From: Leptospiraceae bacterium
GTDB lineage: Bacteria > Spirochaetota > Leptospiria > Leptospirales > Leptonemataceae
Assembly (NCBI GenBank): GCA_040217195.1
Contig: JAVJNR010000002.1
Location: 416,001 to 480,000 of the forward strand
Direction: 5' to 3'
Length of the DNA stretch: 64,000 nt
Shown here: positions 1-8,884 of the stretch, in pieces
Numbering within the stretch: position 1 is the first letter of the stretch
How the letters are laid out: every line of letters starts with the position of its first letter
The notes under the pieces: model-generated
Seen by the model: only the letters and a program-made list of their open reading frames with translations
Databases searched by the model: none
Told to the model about the DNA's origin: nothing
Position numbers and translations under genes: made by a program

Positions 1-402
1 TGGATGGAATGTAACATGCACCGCCGAAGGCCAGATCAGCCCTGCAACCCAGGCCAGGATGGCCAGAGCAGAGAAGAACCAGAGAATGGAACGGCGATAG
101 GGAAACTGAATTAAGGATACAATTAGTCCCAGAAAGCCGGCAAAAGTAAAAAAGGTCCAGAATCTGGATCGAACTCCGTACAGCTCCAGCTGTTCGAACT
201 GAATCTCGTAGCTAAACCAGGGCCAGCCAGCAACCAGAATTACAGCCAGAGATGCAATAAGCAGTAACCAGGCGCTTCCCAGGGATTTACAGAAATGCAA
301 AGTCTGTCGGGAAATCCCTTTTAGAATCTGCCACCAGCCTTTGGCAAAGTTAACCGGAGTCTTCCAGATAAGAGTGATGATGCTTTGTATGGCCTGAGTC
401 AT
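1..402 (-). CDS. Hypothetical multi-pass membrane protein, runs off the window start
   Basis: My translation from ATG at 402 (MTQAIQSIITLIWKTPVNF...SAWLLLIASLAVILVAGWPWF...) is open to position 1 and has several hydrophobic segments. Not in the ORF track. Confidence 0.7.
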   Translation of the reverse strand, partial: MTQAIQSIITLIWKTPVNFAKGWWQILKGISRQTLHFCKSLGSAWLLLIASLAVILVAGWPWFSYEIQFEQLELYGVRSRFWTFFTFAGFLGLIVSLIQFPYRRSILWFFSALAILAWVAGLIWPSAVHVTFHP

Positions 403-435
403 GCTTGCTAATTATTACTGGTTGGACACTAGAGT

Positions 436-888
436 CTATTGGACTTCGAATAATAGTTCGAGCTCAACAGCGGCATTCAATGGTAGAGCACTGACTCCTA
501 CTGCGGCACGACTGTGAATCCCTGCATCTCCCAGGATTTGCTGGGCCAGATTCGAAGCTCCGTTGGCTACAATATGATGCCCGTGAAATTCCGGGGAGGA
601 TGAAACAAAGGCCCCCAGGCGGATGAGCTGTTTGATGCTGTTTAGTTCTGCAACAGTAGTAAATGCAGCCAGCCCATTCAGAAAACACTGAGCCATAGCG
701 GCCTGAGCTGCCTCCACATCATCATCGGTTTTCAGCTGTCCCATGAGTACAAGCTTACCATCACGTACAGGAAGCTGGCCACTGACATACACCAGGTTTC
801 CCGATCTTTTGGCCGGTAAGTAAGAGGCTACCGGCGGATTTACCACAGGCAATTCCAGGCCCAGTTCCTTGAGCTTCTCTTGAATCAT
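436..888 (-). CDS. RidA/YjgF/YER057c/UK114 family protein
   Basis: 150 aa; 'LVYVSGQLP', 'VANGASNL' and 'HSRAAVGVSALPLNAAVELE' motifs. Confidence 0.92.
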   Translation of the reverse strand: MIQEKLKELGLELPVVNPPVASYLPAKRSGNLVYVSGQLPVRDGKLVLMGQLKTDDDVEAAQAAMAQCFLNGLAAFTTVAELNSIKQLIRLGAFVSSSPEFHGHHIVANGASNLAQQILGDAGIHSRAAVGVSALPLNAAVELELLFEVQ

Positions 889-980
889 AGCTACGGAATG
901 GCCTGGCAGGGCTCAGCGGGCAAACCTTTTTGTCGGATTGGAAATGCGGCTTTCAGCCTGCGTAGCCCAACACAGTCAGC

Positions 981-1493
981 TCATTCGTAAAGTGAATCGC
1001 CGGGCTGGAAGATGGTTCGGGCCCCTGCATAGCTTCTTTGCCAGTATTTCAGTCGAAGGTCGGCTATGCTCACTGTTTTTCCGCTGCTGGGTGCATGGAT
1101 GAACCGGTAGTTACCAATGTAGATTCCAACGTGGGATATAGAGCTTCCATCAGTGCGAAAGAATACCAGGTCACCGGCCTGGGGAATTCGCACCGGTCGC
1201 AGGGCAGTGTACTGGGTGGATGCAGAGCGGGGAATGGAGTATCCGGCTTCGCGGTACACGAAGCTGGTCAGTCCGGAGCAATCAAAGCCTGAAGGAGATT
1301 GACCGCCCGGTCGATAGGGAACGCCCAGGTATTGCTCTGCCAGGCGCACAATTCCACCACCATCATACACCGTGATTCTGCGATGATTCACTTCTGTAGG
1401 CTCTTCAGGGCTGTATCCGATTACAACGGCAGCGGGAATTACGAAGGCCAGGGTAAGGACTAGCAATCTTATTTTAGCAAGGCGTTTCTTCAT
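981..1493 (-). CDS. NlpC/P60 (C40) cell-wall peptidase with N-terminal signal/anchor
   Basis: 'YLGVPYRPGG...GFDCSGL', 'SHVGIYIG' and 'FIHA' catalytic motifs. Start moved to MKKRLAK at 1493 (track start 1604). Confidence 0.92.
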   Translation of the reverse strand: MKKRLAKIRLLVLTLAFVIPAAVVIGYSPEEPTEVNHRRITVYDGGGIVRLAEQYLGVPYRPGGQSPSGFDCSGLTSFVYREAGYSIPRSASTQYTALRPVRIPQAGDLVFFRTDGSSISHVGIYIGNYRFIHAPSSGKTVSIADLRLKYWQRSYAGARTIFQPGDSLYE

Positions 1494-1645
1494 CTCTGGA
1501 TCCTTTTCACTATTGCTTATTATCGGCATTTTCGCTGGCATATTGATACCCCGGAACATTGCAGATTTGCTATCTAATTCAATCCTTTCATACAGCCCGG
1601 GCAAGACTGCCCCACCGTAGTTCGGGGATAACCGCAGCCTGCAGT

Positions 1646-2605
1646 TCAGTTTTTTTCTGGATAAAAACAGGCCACCTGGGCGGTTCCCACGCTTTCCAGG
1701 GCCGGAACATTAGAGGAGCAATCGTCTCTTACTTTTGGACAACGGGGATGGAATACGCATCCAGACGGCAAATTGGAAGGAGAGGGCACTTCACCGCCCA
1801 GTAATCTGGGTCTTCGGTTCGGATGTATGGAAGGAATGGCTGCCATCAATGCTTCAGTGTAGGGATGGGCGGGCTTCTGAAAAAGCTGCTCCGTGGGTGC
1901 CACCTCCATGACCCGACCTCCGTACATAACGCAAACTCGATCGCTCATATTTCGTACAAGCGATAGATCATGAGTAATGAATAGCAGGGATAGTTTCAGT
2001 TCTTCTTTCAGTTTGAGTAATAGCTGTATAATCTGAGCCTGCACAGATACATCCAGAGCGCTGGTCACTTCATCGCAAACAATCAATCTGGGTCGTAATC
2101 CCACAGCTCGTGCAATGCCAATTCTCTGTCTCTGTCCTCCGGAAAATGCATGAGGAAAGCGATCCATGGCGTTCTCGGAAAGACCTACCATTTCAAGAAG
2201 TTCGGCCACCTTGCTGCGCGCATTGCTTCTATCACATAATCCGTGAATTCGCATTGGCTCGCTCAAAATTTCGAAAACAGTATGCCTGGGATTCAAAGAA
2301 GAGTACGGGTCCTGAAAAATGATCTGAAAATCACTGCGAAAGGGTTTCCAGGATTTTTGATCCTTTATGTCGATTTCCTTTCCTTCCAGAAACAATCGAC
2401 CGGATGTGGGTAATGTAAGACCCAGGATGCTATTTCCCAGGGTGCTCTTTCCGCATCCAGATTCTCCTACAACAGCCAGCACTTCTCCCTCTTCTACGGA
2501 AAGGGAAACTCCATCCACTGCTTTGACCCAGCCTACGGTTCTGCGAAAGAGTCCCCCTGTGATGGGAAAATGCGTCTGTAGCTTCTCGACTTTCAGAAGA
2601 CTCAT
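1646..2605 (-). CDS. oppF: Oligopeptide/dipeptide ABC transporter ATP-binding subunit
   Basis: Walker A GESGCGKST, 'FQDPYSSLNP', 'FSGGQRQRI' and a C-terminal HPYT/GCVFHPRC oligo_HPY domain. Confidence 0.92.
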   Translation of the reverse strand: MSLLKVEKLQTHFPITGGLFRRTVGWVKAVDGVSLSVEEGEVLAVVGESGCGKSTLGNSILGLTLPTSGRLFLEGKEIDIKDQKSWKPFRSDFQIIFQDPYSSLNPRHTVFEILSEPMRIHGLCDRSNARSKVAELLEMVGLSENAMDRFPHAFSGGQRQRIGIARAVGLRPRLIVCDEVTSALDVSVQAQIIQLLLKLKEELKLSLLFITHDLSLVRNMSDRVCVMYGGRVMEVAPTEQLFQKPAHPYTEALMAAIPSIHPNRRPRLLGGEVPSPSNLPSGCVFHPRCPKVRDDCSSNVPALESVGTAQVACFYPEKN

Positions 2606-3555
2606 ACCCGGGCCTCCTCATACAGATAGCAGCATACGTTCTGACCCGGTTCAGGTTGAAAAACAGGCACAGTCCTGTCGCAGGGATCGAATGCTTTATC
2701 GCATCTGGGACGAAAGCGGCATCCGGAGGGGAAACTACCGGGAGAGGGGACCTGACCTACAATGGGCTTCAATTCTTTTCTTTCGTCTACATCCGGAAGC
2801 GCAGACATGAGACCCTGGCTATAAGGATGATAGGGATTCTGGAGAAATGAGGAAACATCCCGTTCCTCAATCAAGTTACCGGCGTACATGACTCCCACTC
2901 GATCTGCATACTGCGCGATTAGTCCAATGTTATGAGTAATCAATAAAACAGCGCATCCCTCTTCCTTTTGGAGTTCCACCAAGAGCTCCATTATCTGCGC
3001 CTGCACTGTAACATCCAGAGCTGTAGTGGGCTCGTCTGCTATAATCAAGGACGGATGGAGCAACAGTGAAAGTGCAATGACCACTCTCTGTAGCATTCCT
3101 CCAGACAGCTGATGCGGATAGGAAGATAGGATTCTCTCTGGATCCGAAAATCCTACTCTGCGAAGCACTTGATCCATTCTCTGCTCAGGATTCCCTGCGA
3201 AATCATGAAACTCAAAGAGTTCAACCAGTTGCTTACGAATCGTGAGCAATGGATTCAGGGCACTCGTGGGCTCCTGAAAAATCATGCTGATTTGAGCACC
3301 CCGAACCTGTCTTAGTTTTTCTGGACTCAGCTTATATATATCTTGATCCTTAAATAGGATTCTGCCATCATCAAGGCGTCCTCCCGGCTCGGGTAGCATC
3401 CCCAGGCAGGCCAGTGCAGTAATGGTCTTGCCGCACCCTGACTCGCCTACAATACCATAAATCTGACCGGCCTCGATGGAGAAGCTTACACTGTCAGTAA
3501 TTCCTACGGAGCCAATTCCGATGGCAAGGTTTTCAACGCTAAGAACTGCAGTCAT
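2602..3555 (-). CDS. oppD: Oligopeptide/dipeptide ABC transporter ATP-binding subunit
   Basis: GESGCGKT, 'LSGGMLQRV', 'DEPTTALDVTVQAQ' and 'HPYS...GCRFRPRC'; 4-nt overlap with oppF. Confidence 0.92.
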   Translation of the reverse strand: MTAVLSVENLAIGIGSVGITDSVSFSIEAGQIYGIVGESGCGKTITALACLGMLPEPGGRLDDGRILFKDQDIYKLSPEKLRQVRGAQISMIFQEPTSALNPLLTIRKQLVELFEFHDFAGNPEQRMDQVLRRVGFSDPERILSSYPHQLSGGMLQRVVIALSLLLHPSLIIADEPTTALDVTVQAQIMELLVELQKEEGCAVLLITHNIGLIAQYADRVGVMYAGNLIEERDVSSFLQNPYHPYSQGLMSALPDVDERKELKPIVGQVPSPGSFPSGCRFRPRCDKAFDPCDRTVPVFQPEPGQNVCCYLYEEARV

Positions 3556-3824
3556 TATTCTAGCTCGTTATAATATTTATAGAGTTCATCCAGCAAGAAT
3601 TCACACACAATGCGATCCTTAACGCCGGGATCTTTCTTATCCAGCAGAATTTCCTTGAGCCTCAGGAGCTTGTAGTTAATCATTTTCTGCTTGGTATTTT
3701 TATTCTGAGCCTTGCTATGCAGTACGTACATGGTCAGAGTACCCGGTTCTGCGGAGAGTATTCTGGCTTTCGCATGAATCTCCAGAAACCGCTTGAGTCG
3801 TTCCAGAAGATCCTCTCGATGCAT
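3555..3824 (-). CDS. Small basic hypothetical protein, translationally coupled to oppD
   Basis: Its stop overlaps the oppD ATG (TAATG). Likely start MHREDLL at 3824 (track start 3866). Confidence 0.7.
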   Translation of the reverse strand: MHREDLLERLKRFLEIHAKARILSAEPGTLTMYVLHSKAQNKNTKQKMINYKLLRLKEILLDKKDPGVKDRIVCEFLLDELYKYYNELE

Positions 3825-3906
3825 CGCTTCCACGGGCCCAGATTGTTGGACTGTGTCTGAAATCAAAGTACTTTCCCGCAGTCCGGGTAGATGCTAGAAT
3901 GTTCCC

Positions 3907-4812
3907 ATGTCTCAGCAGCACAGTTTTTCGATCATTGGGGCCGGAGTAATGGGCAAAGGATTGGCCCTGAACTTGAAGCAGGCCGGCGCAAAAGTGCAGG
4001 TTTACGTCAGGGATCTTACCAGAGCCAGGGAACTGATTGAAAAAGGCATTCATGCCAGTTCCGATCCAGTAGAGGCCTCCAGGGCAACCCGCACCATCGT
4101 ACTTTGTCTTACCACCGATGAAGTGCTGGATCAGGTGGTTCATAAATCCGGCCTTTTCAGGGACTTGAGCAACCGTGTGCAGGACGGTGAATCATTGACT
4201 CTTATCGATGCAGGGACTACCTCACCGGAATTTACTGAGTCTCTGGCAAATGATTGTGCAATTAACGGGATCAGTTTTCTGGATGCTCCAATGACCGGCA
4301 GCAAGAATGCAGCGGCCGCCGGCGAAGTATTGTTTATGGCAGGGGGAAGTGACCAGACGGTACAGTCCCAGACATTCTTTTTTGAAACCTGCGGCAAAAA
4401 GGTAATTCACTGTGGTCCCACCGGATCTGGCCAGAGGGTAAAAATTGCATTGAATCTTACCCAGGCTTCTATCATGCAAGCGCTTACCGAAGGATGGATA
4501 CTTTCTAGAAAACTTGGAGTGAGTACCGAAGTATACGGCGAAGTGATTCGCAATTCCGCGGCCCGGTCAGGGATATCGGATTTCAAACTTGAATGCATCT
4601 TCAATAAGGATTACGAGGAGCATTTTGCTTTGAAGAACATGAACAAGGATGTTAACCATGCTATGAATCTGGCGCGAAAACATAATGTATCTCTTCCTCT
4701 GGCTTCATCACTCAAAACTATTTACGAAGCAGGGATGAACCGTGGCTTTGAAGAGGATGATTTTTGTGGACTTGCCAGGGTGAATGAATTTCTGAACGGA
4801 TTGAATAGCTAG
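3907..4812 (+). CDS. NAD(P)-dependent beta-hydroxyacid dehydrogenase (3-hydroxyisobutyrate/tartronate semialdehyde reductase family)
   Basis: 'IIGAGVMG' Rossmann motif, 'FLDAPMTGS' and the catalytic K in 'GSGQRVKIALN'. Confidence 0.88.
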   Translation: MSQQHSFSIIGAGVMGKGLALNLKQAGAKVQVYVRDLTRARELIEKGIHASSDPVEASRATRTIVLCLTTDEVLDQVVHKSGLFRDLSNRVQDGESLTLIDAGTTSPEFTESLANDCAINGISFLDAPMTGSKNAAAAGEVLFMAGGSDQTVQSQTFFFETCGKKVIHCGPTGSGQRVKIALNLTQASIMQALTEGWILSRKLGVSTEVYGEVIRNSAARSGISDFKLECIFNKDYEEHFALKNMNKDVNHAMNLARKHNVSLPLASSLKTIYEAGMNRGFEEDDFCGLARVNEFLNGLNS

Positions 4813-4918
4813 ATTCATCTCAGACAGAACTGATCCGGGACAACGGTAGCCAGAGAAAGCATCTTGTGATAAAAGTTTTATGACTACTTCGCATTGCAGT
4901 TGACGAAACTCAAATAGT

Positions 4919-6511
4919 TTGATGATCTTCGCCAATATGACTCTGTCGAATAAGGATCATCATTCCGTTGTTGCCAGTGGCTTCCGCCTGGCCAATTATG
5001 TCCGATTGGGTCTGGGCCTGCTTTTTAGCCTGGCAGTACTGGGTTCCCTTACCGAAGAAGCACTTAAAACCTATCTAATCAAGAGCGAGATTCTGGCTGT
5101 AATAATTCTTATTGCCCTGGCATTGATTGGCATCTATCTGATGCGAGGGAATCGCACCCCCGGTGCATACGTTCGCGTAGCTGCCGTTTTAGATATGACA
5201 ATTGTTGGACTGGTGATGATTGCCGGGGCTCAGGATGGTGGTCAGACAGCCTACGACATGGCCATAGAAAGAAATCTATATGCTGTCTATTTGATTTTTC
5301 TAGTATCATCTGCTCTGGTGGGTTCTGCCCGTTTGACGTTCCTGCTTTCCATTTACGGAGCAATTTTGTTTGCTACGTCTGTTGTTCTGGTGCATCTATC
5401 TGGCTTCGAGTTTGGCAAGCAAAACGATGCGCATAACCACATAATAGGTTTTTCCCCATTTCTTTCCGCCGCATCTTTCATTATCGTTGTGGGAGGTATC
5501 GTTTCAGCAGGTATTCGTATTCAGCAAAGACTATCTGCCATAGCCGCGGCAGGAGCCGCTGAAAACCAGACCCTCGTTGATTCCCTTCAGGAAAAAAAGG
5601 AAAAGATGGCCACGTATGCTGTGGAACTGGATCGAGCCACACATCAATTTCAGAGCTTTATACAGGAAACCACAGGCAGGATTGAAACCCAGGCGGCTGC
5701 CCTGGAACAGGCCAATGCAGTTACAGAAGAGCTAACTGCAAGTTCCTCCCAGACGGCCGAGACGGTTCAGAGTCAGTCTCGTGGAATTGAACAGATGGCC
5801 GGCCAGAGTGCGGAACTTAAGAAGGTAATCTCCTCCATAACTGAATCCAATGAAAGTCTCATAGAAAGTGCAGGCGATGCTCTGTCCAGTATGGATACGG
5901 TTAAGTCCACGGTAGAAGGAACAACACAGACCCTGGGAAGTCTGGAGGAGGCCTTCGCCAGTGTGAGCAAAATCACTGGAATAATGAACGAAATTGCGGA
6001 GAAAACCAACTTACTGGCGTTGAATGCTGCCATTGAAGCTGCTCGGGCTGGCGATTCCGGTCGTGGTTTCGCAGTTGTGGCAGATGAGGTCAGCAAGCTT
6101 GCGGACTATACAGGGCAAAATGTACGGCAAATCGCAACCATCGTAACTGAATCGATAAATACAATAAACACAGCGCGAAAGCAGTCTGACGAAGCAGTTA
6201 AACAGACTACAAGTCAGCGTGAGAGGACCAGGCTTACGAATCAGCAAGTGGAAAAAACTACCGGATTACTACAGCAACAGGCTTCTATCCTTGAAAGCTT
6301 CATCCAGGAGTTGGAGACCCAACGAGGTAAAGCGGCAGACGTCTTGAATGGTTCCCGGGAACAAATCGATGGTCAGAAGGAACTGGCCAAGACCATGGAG
6401 AGTCTGGACAAAGAAGTCACTGAAATAAACGAAGCTTCCAGAGATCTGGTCAATGGCATAAAGGATATTTCCGAACAGGTTAGTAATCTAAAAGAGCTAA
6501 GCAGTTCTTGA
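4919..6511 (+). CDS. Methyl-accepting chemotaxis protein with ~6-TM N-terminal domain
   Basis: Hairpin tip '[33 protein letters not shown]'; hydrophobic N-terminus. Confidence 0.93.
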   Translation: MMIFANMTLSNKDHHSVVASGFRLANYVRLGLGLLFSLAVLGSLTEEALKTYLIKSEILAVIILIALALIGIYLMRGNRTPGAYVRVAAVLDMTIVGLVMIAGAQDGGQTAYDMAIERNLYAVYLIFLVSSALVGSARLTFLLSIYGAILFATSVVLVHLSGFEFGKQNDAHNHIIGFSPFLSAASFIIVVGGIVSAGIRIQQRLSAIAAAGAAENQTLVDSLQEKKEKMATYAVELDRATHQFQSFIQETTGRIETQAAALEQANAVTEELTASSSQTAETVQSQSRGIEQMAGQSAELKKVISSITESNESLIESAGDALSSMDTVKSTVEGTTQTLGSLEEAFASVSKITGIMNEIAEKTNLLALNAAIEAARAGDSGRGFAVVADEVSKLADYTGQNVRQIATIVTESINTINTARKQSDEAVKQTTSQRERTRLTNQQVEKTTGLLQQQASILESFIQELETQRGKAADVLNGSREQIDGQKELAKTMESLDKEVTEINEASRDLVNGIKDISEQVSNLKELSSS

Positions 6512-6523
6512 TGGAAACATACA

Positions 6524-8884
6524 ATGATTAGCCTGCGCGGGATTCGAAATCTGGATGGACCTGCGAGCTGGCTCATCCTGGCTTTTCTAGGTATCATTAC
6601 TATTGAGCTCAATCTAATTGGAATAAACTACGACCCGGGTCGCTCGCTCTATCTACCATCTTTTACCGGATTCTTTTTCGCATGTGCCTATCTCTGTCGG
6701 CCGGGAATTCTTCCTGTACTGGCATCTATTCATATCCTGCGACATGGAATTGTACTCTGGAATCTTGGGTTCGATCATCCCTGGGCCATCGCATCCACTT
6801 TCTTAATCGTTTTGCTGATTCCCACAGTCTTTGTGGCCCGGCTTCTGAGGAGGCTTAAGGGCCCCCGCGGTTTTGAGGATCCAGCCATACTGTTGCGAGT
6901 TTTTCTCTTTTTCTTGTTCGTGCATCTTGCAGCGAACCTGCCTGTGCACTGGTGGTTTTCGCATCAGGCTGGCGGTATGTACTGGGTGTATCGGTCAATC
7001 TTGAACTCAATGAGCCACGCTACATCGATTCTTCTGGCTGGAAGGTTCTTCGGTGTATTGCTAATGGGACGGCAGAGTGACCTGGAGCTACACAATCCCT
7101 GGTCCCTTATAGTCATATTGTTATTCAGTCTGGTCCCTGGCATTGTATGGCTCCAGGAAGGAGTGCCCAGTTTCTTTAACACATTGGTTCTAATGCTTTC
7201 CATGCCGGTGTTGCTGATCCTGGCCGCTAATTTCAATGCGATCTGGGTCCTGCTGGCACTGATTGCCCATGGATGGATGATCACGTCTCTGTCTGCCCGG
7301 GGGCTGTCTCCTCTGGCAGCCGGAGATGAAAATACAACGGCTCTGGTCACTTATGCATATTTAATTTTCGTGGTACTTTCCATTTCGATTATCAACCTGC
7401 TATCTACCAGGAAGGATCAATCCCGGAAGGCCCTGGGACTCTGGAAGAAAATGCTAACGCGCCGAGTGGAAGGTAGAACCCGTGCACTACGAAGGGAACT
7501 GGAATGGCGCCGAGAAGCAGAGGTATTGATCAGTAATTTAAGTCAAACAGACCATGCAACGGAATGGCTGAATCGATCGGGTCTTTCGAATGAGCTGAAT
7601 CAGCGAATGATTCATGAAAAGGGGCACTATGTATTGCTGGCCCTGGAAAATTATCGCCGAATAGAGAGTGCCGAAGGTTATACGATCACCGAACTGGCCC
7701 TCATGGGTCTTACAGAGAGAATCGAAGAAGAGCTTCCCTCAGGAGCACTTTACGCCCGAGTCGACGACATTCACCTGGCATTCATAGTTTTCGGGCCCAA
7801 CTCCAGTCTCCCTGACTCTGAGATTCAGCACCCAGATGCACAGTTATCTCCATATACAGATGTAGCCAATTTCTTGGTCCGATTGACCGAGTTATGCGAA
7901 GAGCCGGTGCCGGCGGGTGAGGGCAATATTCCTTTTCGAGTGAGAGCAGCAGCGGTACCTTTTGAGGCAAGCGAAGATGGTAAAATCAATCTTGAAGAGT
8001 CTTTCAAGCATTGCCGAGCCGCCCTGGAGTTACTATCAGATGATCGCAGTGCACGCTGGACCATTCTGGAAGGGTCAAGGGATGAAAACACAACTGAGTT
8101 TCGCATCTTAAATGAAGTGCAGGATGCTCTAAAATCCAAAAGGCTAATACTGTACTATCAGCCAATTCACTCCTCGGATGGAAAAAGAGTGATTGGATGT
8201 GAAGCGCTCATTCGATGGAGAGTTTCAGAGGATAGGATCCTGGGCCCCGCTGCATTCATACAAACTGTGGAGCGAGATGATCTGATCATTGAAGTAGGGT
8301 TTTATTGTGCCCGTCTTCTGGCCCAATTCGCAAGGGATGCAATATCCAGGGGCCTGGGATTGGATTATTATTCTTTGAATGTGGCCGCCAGGCAACTACA
8401 GCTGGGCTCCTTTGCAAACAAATTGATAGATATCTGGACCGAATCCGGGCTTGAACCCTCTTCGCTTAAAGTGGAAGTAACCGAATCTGCTTTTGCAGGC
8501 GAAAATGATTCCGTGATTTCTAATCTGCAAACTTTGCACGGCTCGGGTATCTCCATAGCGCTGGATGATTTCGGTACGGGGTATTCCTCTCTTTCTTATC
8601 TGGATCGATTTCCGCTGGATACAATTAAAGTGGACCGGGTGTTTGTACAGAACCTGAGCCATAGTGGTAGCAGCAGGGCCGTTATTTCTGCCATCGGAAG
8701 CATGGCCCAGCAACTGGATCTATCGGTGATTGTAGAAGGAATCGAAGATGAATCGGCTATGAATGACGTTAGTTCGCTGATTTCTGTTTCAGGCTGGCAA
8801 GGGTTTCACTTTTCAAGACCGCTACCAGAAGCTGATTTTCTCCAATACATGGAGTCCATTTCTACGAGCTCACAGGCTGTCTAA
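6524..8884 (+). CDS. Membrane (MASE1-like) sensor + degenerate GGDEF + EAL c-di-GMP phosphodiesterase
   Basis: About 9 TM helices; the GGDEF position reads 'RVDDIHL'; EAL domain has 'YQPI', 'EALIRW', 'EVTES' and 'DDFGTGYSSLSYL'. Confidence 0.88.
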   Translation: MISLRGIRNLDGPASWLILAFLGIITIELNLIGINYDPGRSLYLPSFTGFFFACAYLCRPGILPVLASIHILRHGIVLWNLGFDHPWAIASTFLIVLLIPTVFVARLLRRLKGPRGFEDPAILLRVFLFFLFVHLAANLPVHWWFSHQAGGMYWVYRSILNSMSHATSILLAGRFFGVLLMGRQSDLELHNPWSLIVILLFSLVPGIVWLQEGVPSFFNTLVLMLSMPVLLILAANFNAIWVLLALIAHGWMITSLSARGLSPLAAGDENTTALVTYAYLIFVVLSISIINLLSTRKDQSRKALGLWKKMLTRRVEGRTRALRRELEWRREAEVLISNLSQTDHATEWLNRSGLSNELNQRMIHEKGHYVLLALENYRRIESAEGYTITELALMGLTERIEEELPSGALYARVDDIHLAFIVFGPNSSLPDSEIQHPDAQLSPYTDVANFLVRLTELCEEPVPAGEGNIPFRVRAAAVPFEASEDGKINLEESFKHCRAALELLSDDRSARWTILEGSRDENTTEFRILNEVQDALKSKRLILYYQPIHSSDGKRVIGCEALIRWRVSEDRILGPAAFIQTVERDDLIIEVGFYCARLLAQFARDAISRGLGLDYYSLNVAARQLQLGSFANKLIDIWTESGLEPSSLKVEVTESAFAGENDSVISNLQTLHGSGISIALDDFGTGYSSLSYLDRFPLDTIKVDRVFVQNLSHSGSSRAVISAIGSMAQQLDLSVIVEGIEDESAMNDVSSLISVSGWQGFHFSRPLPEADFLQYMESISTSSQAV

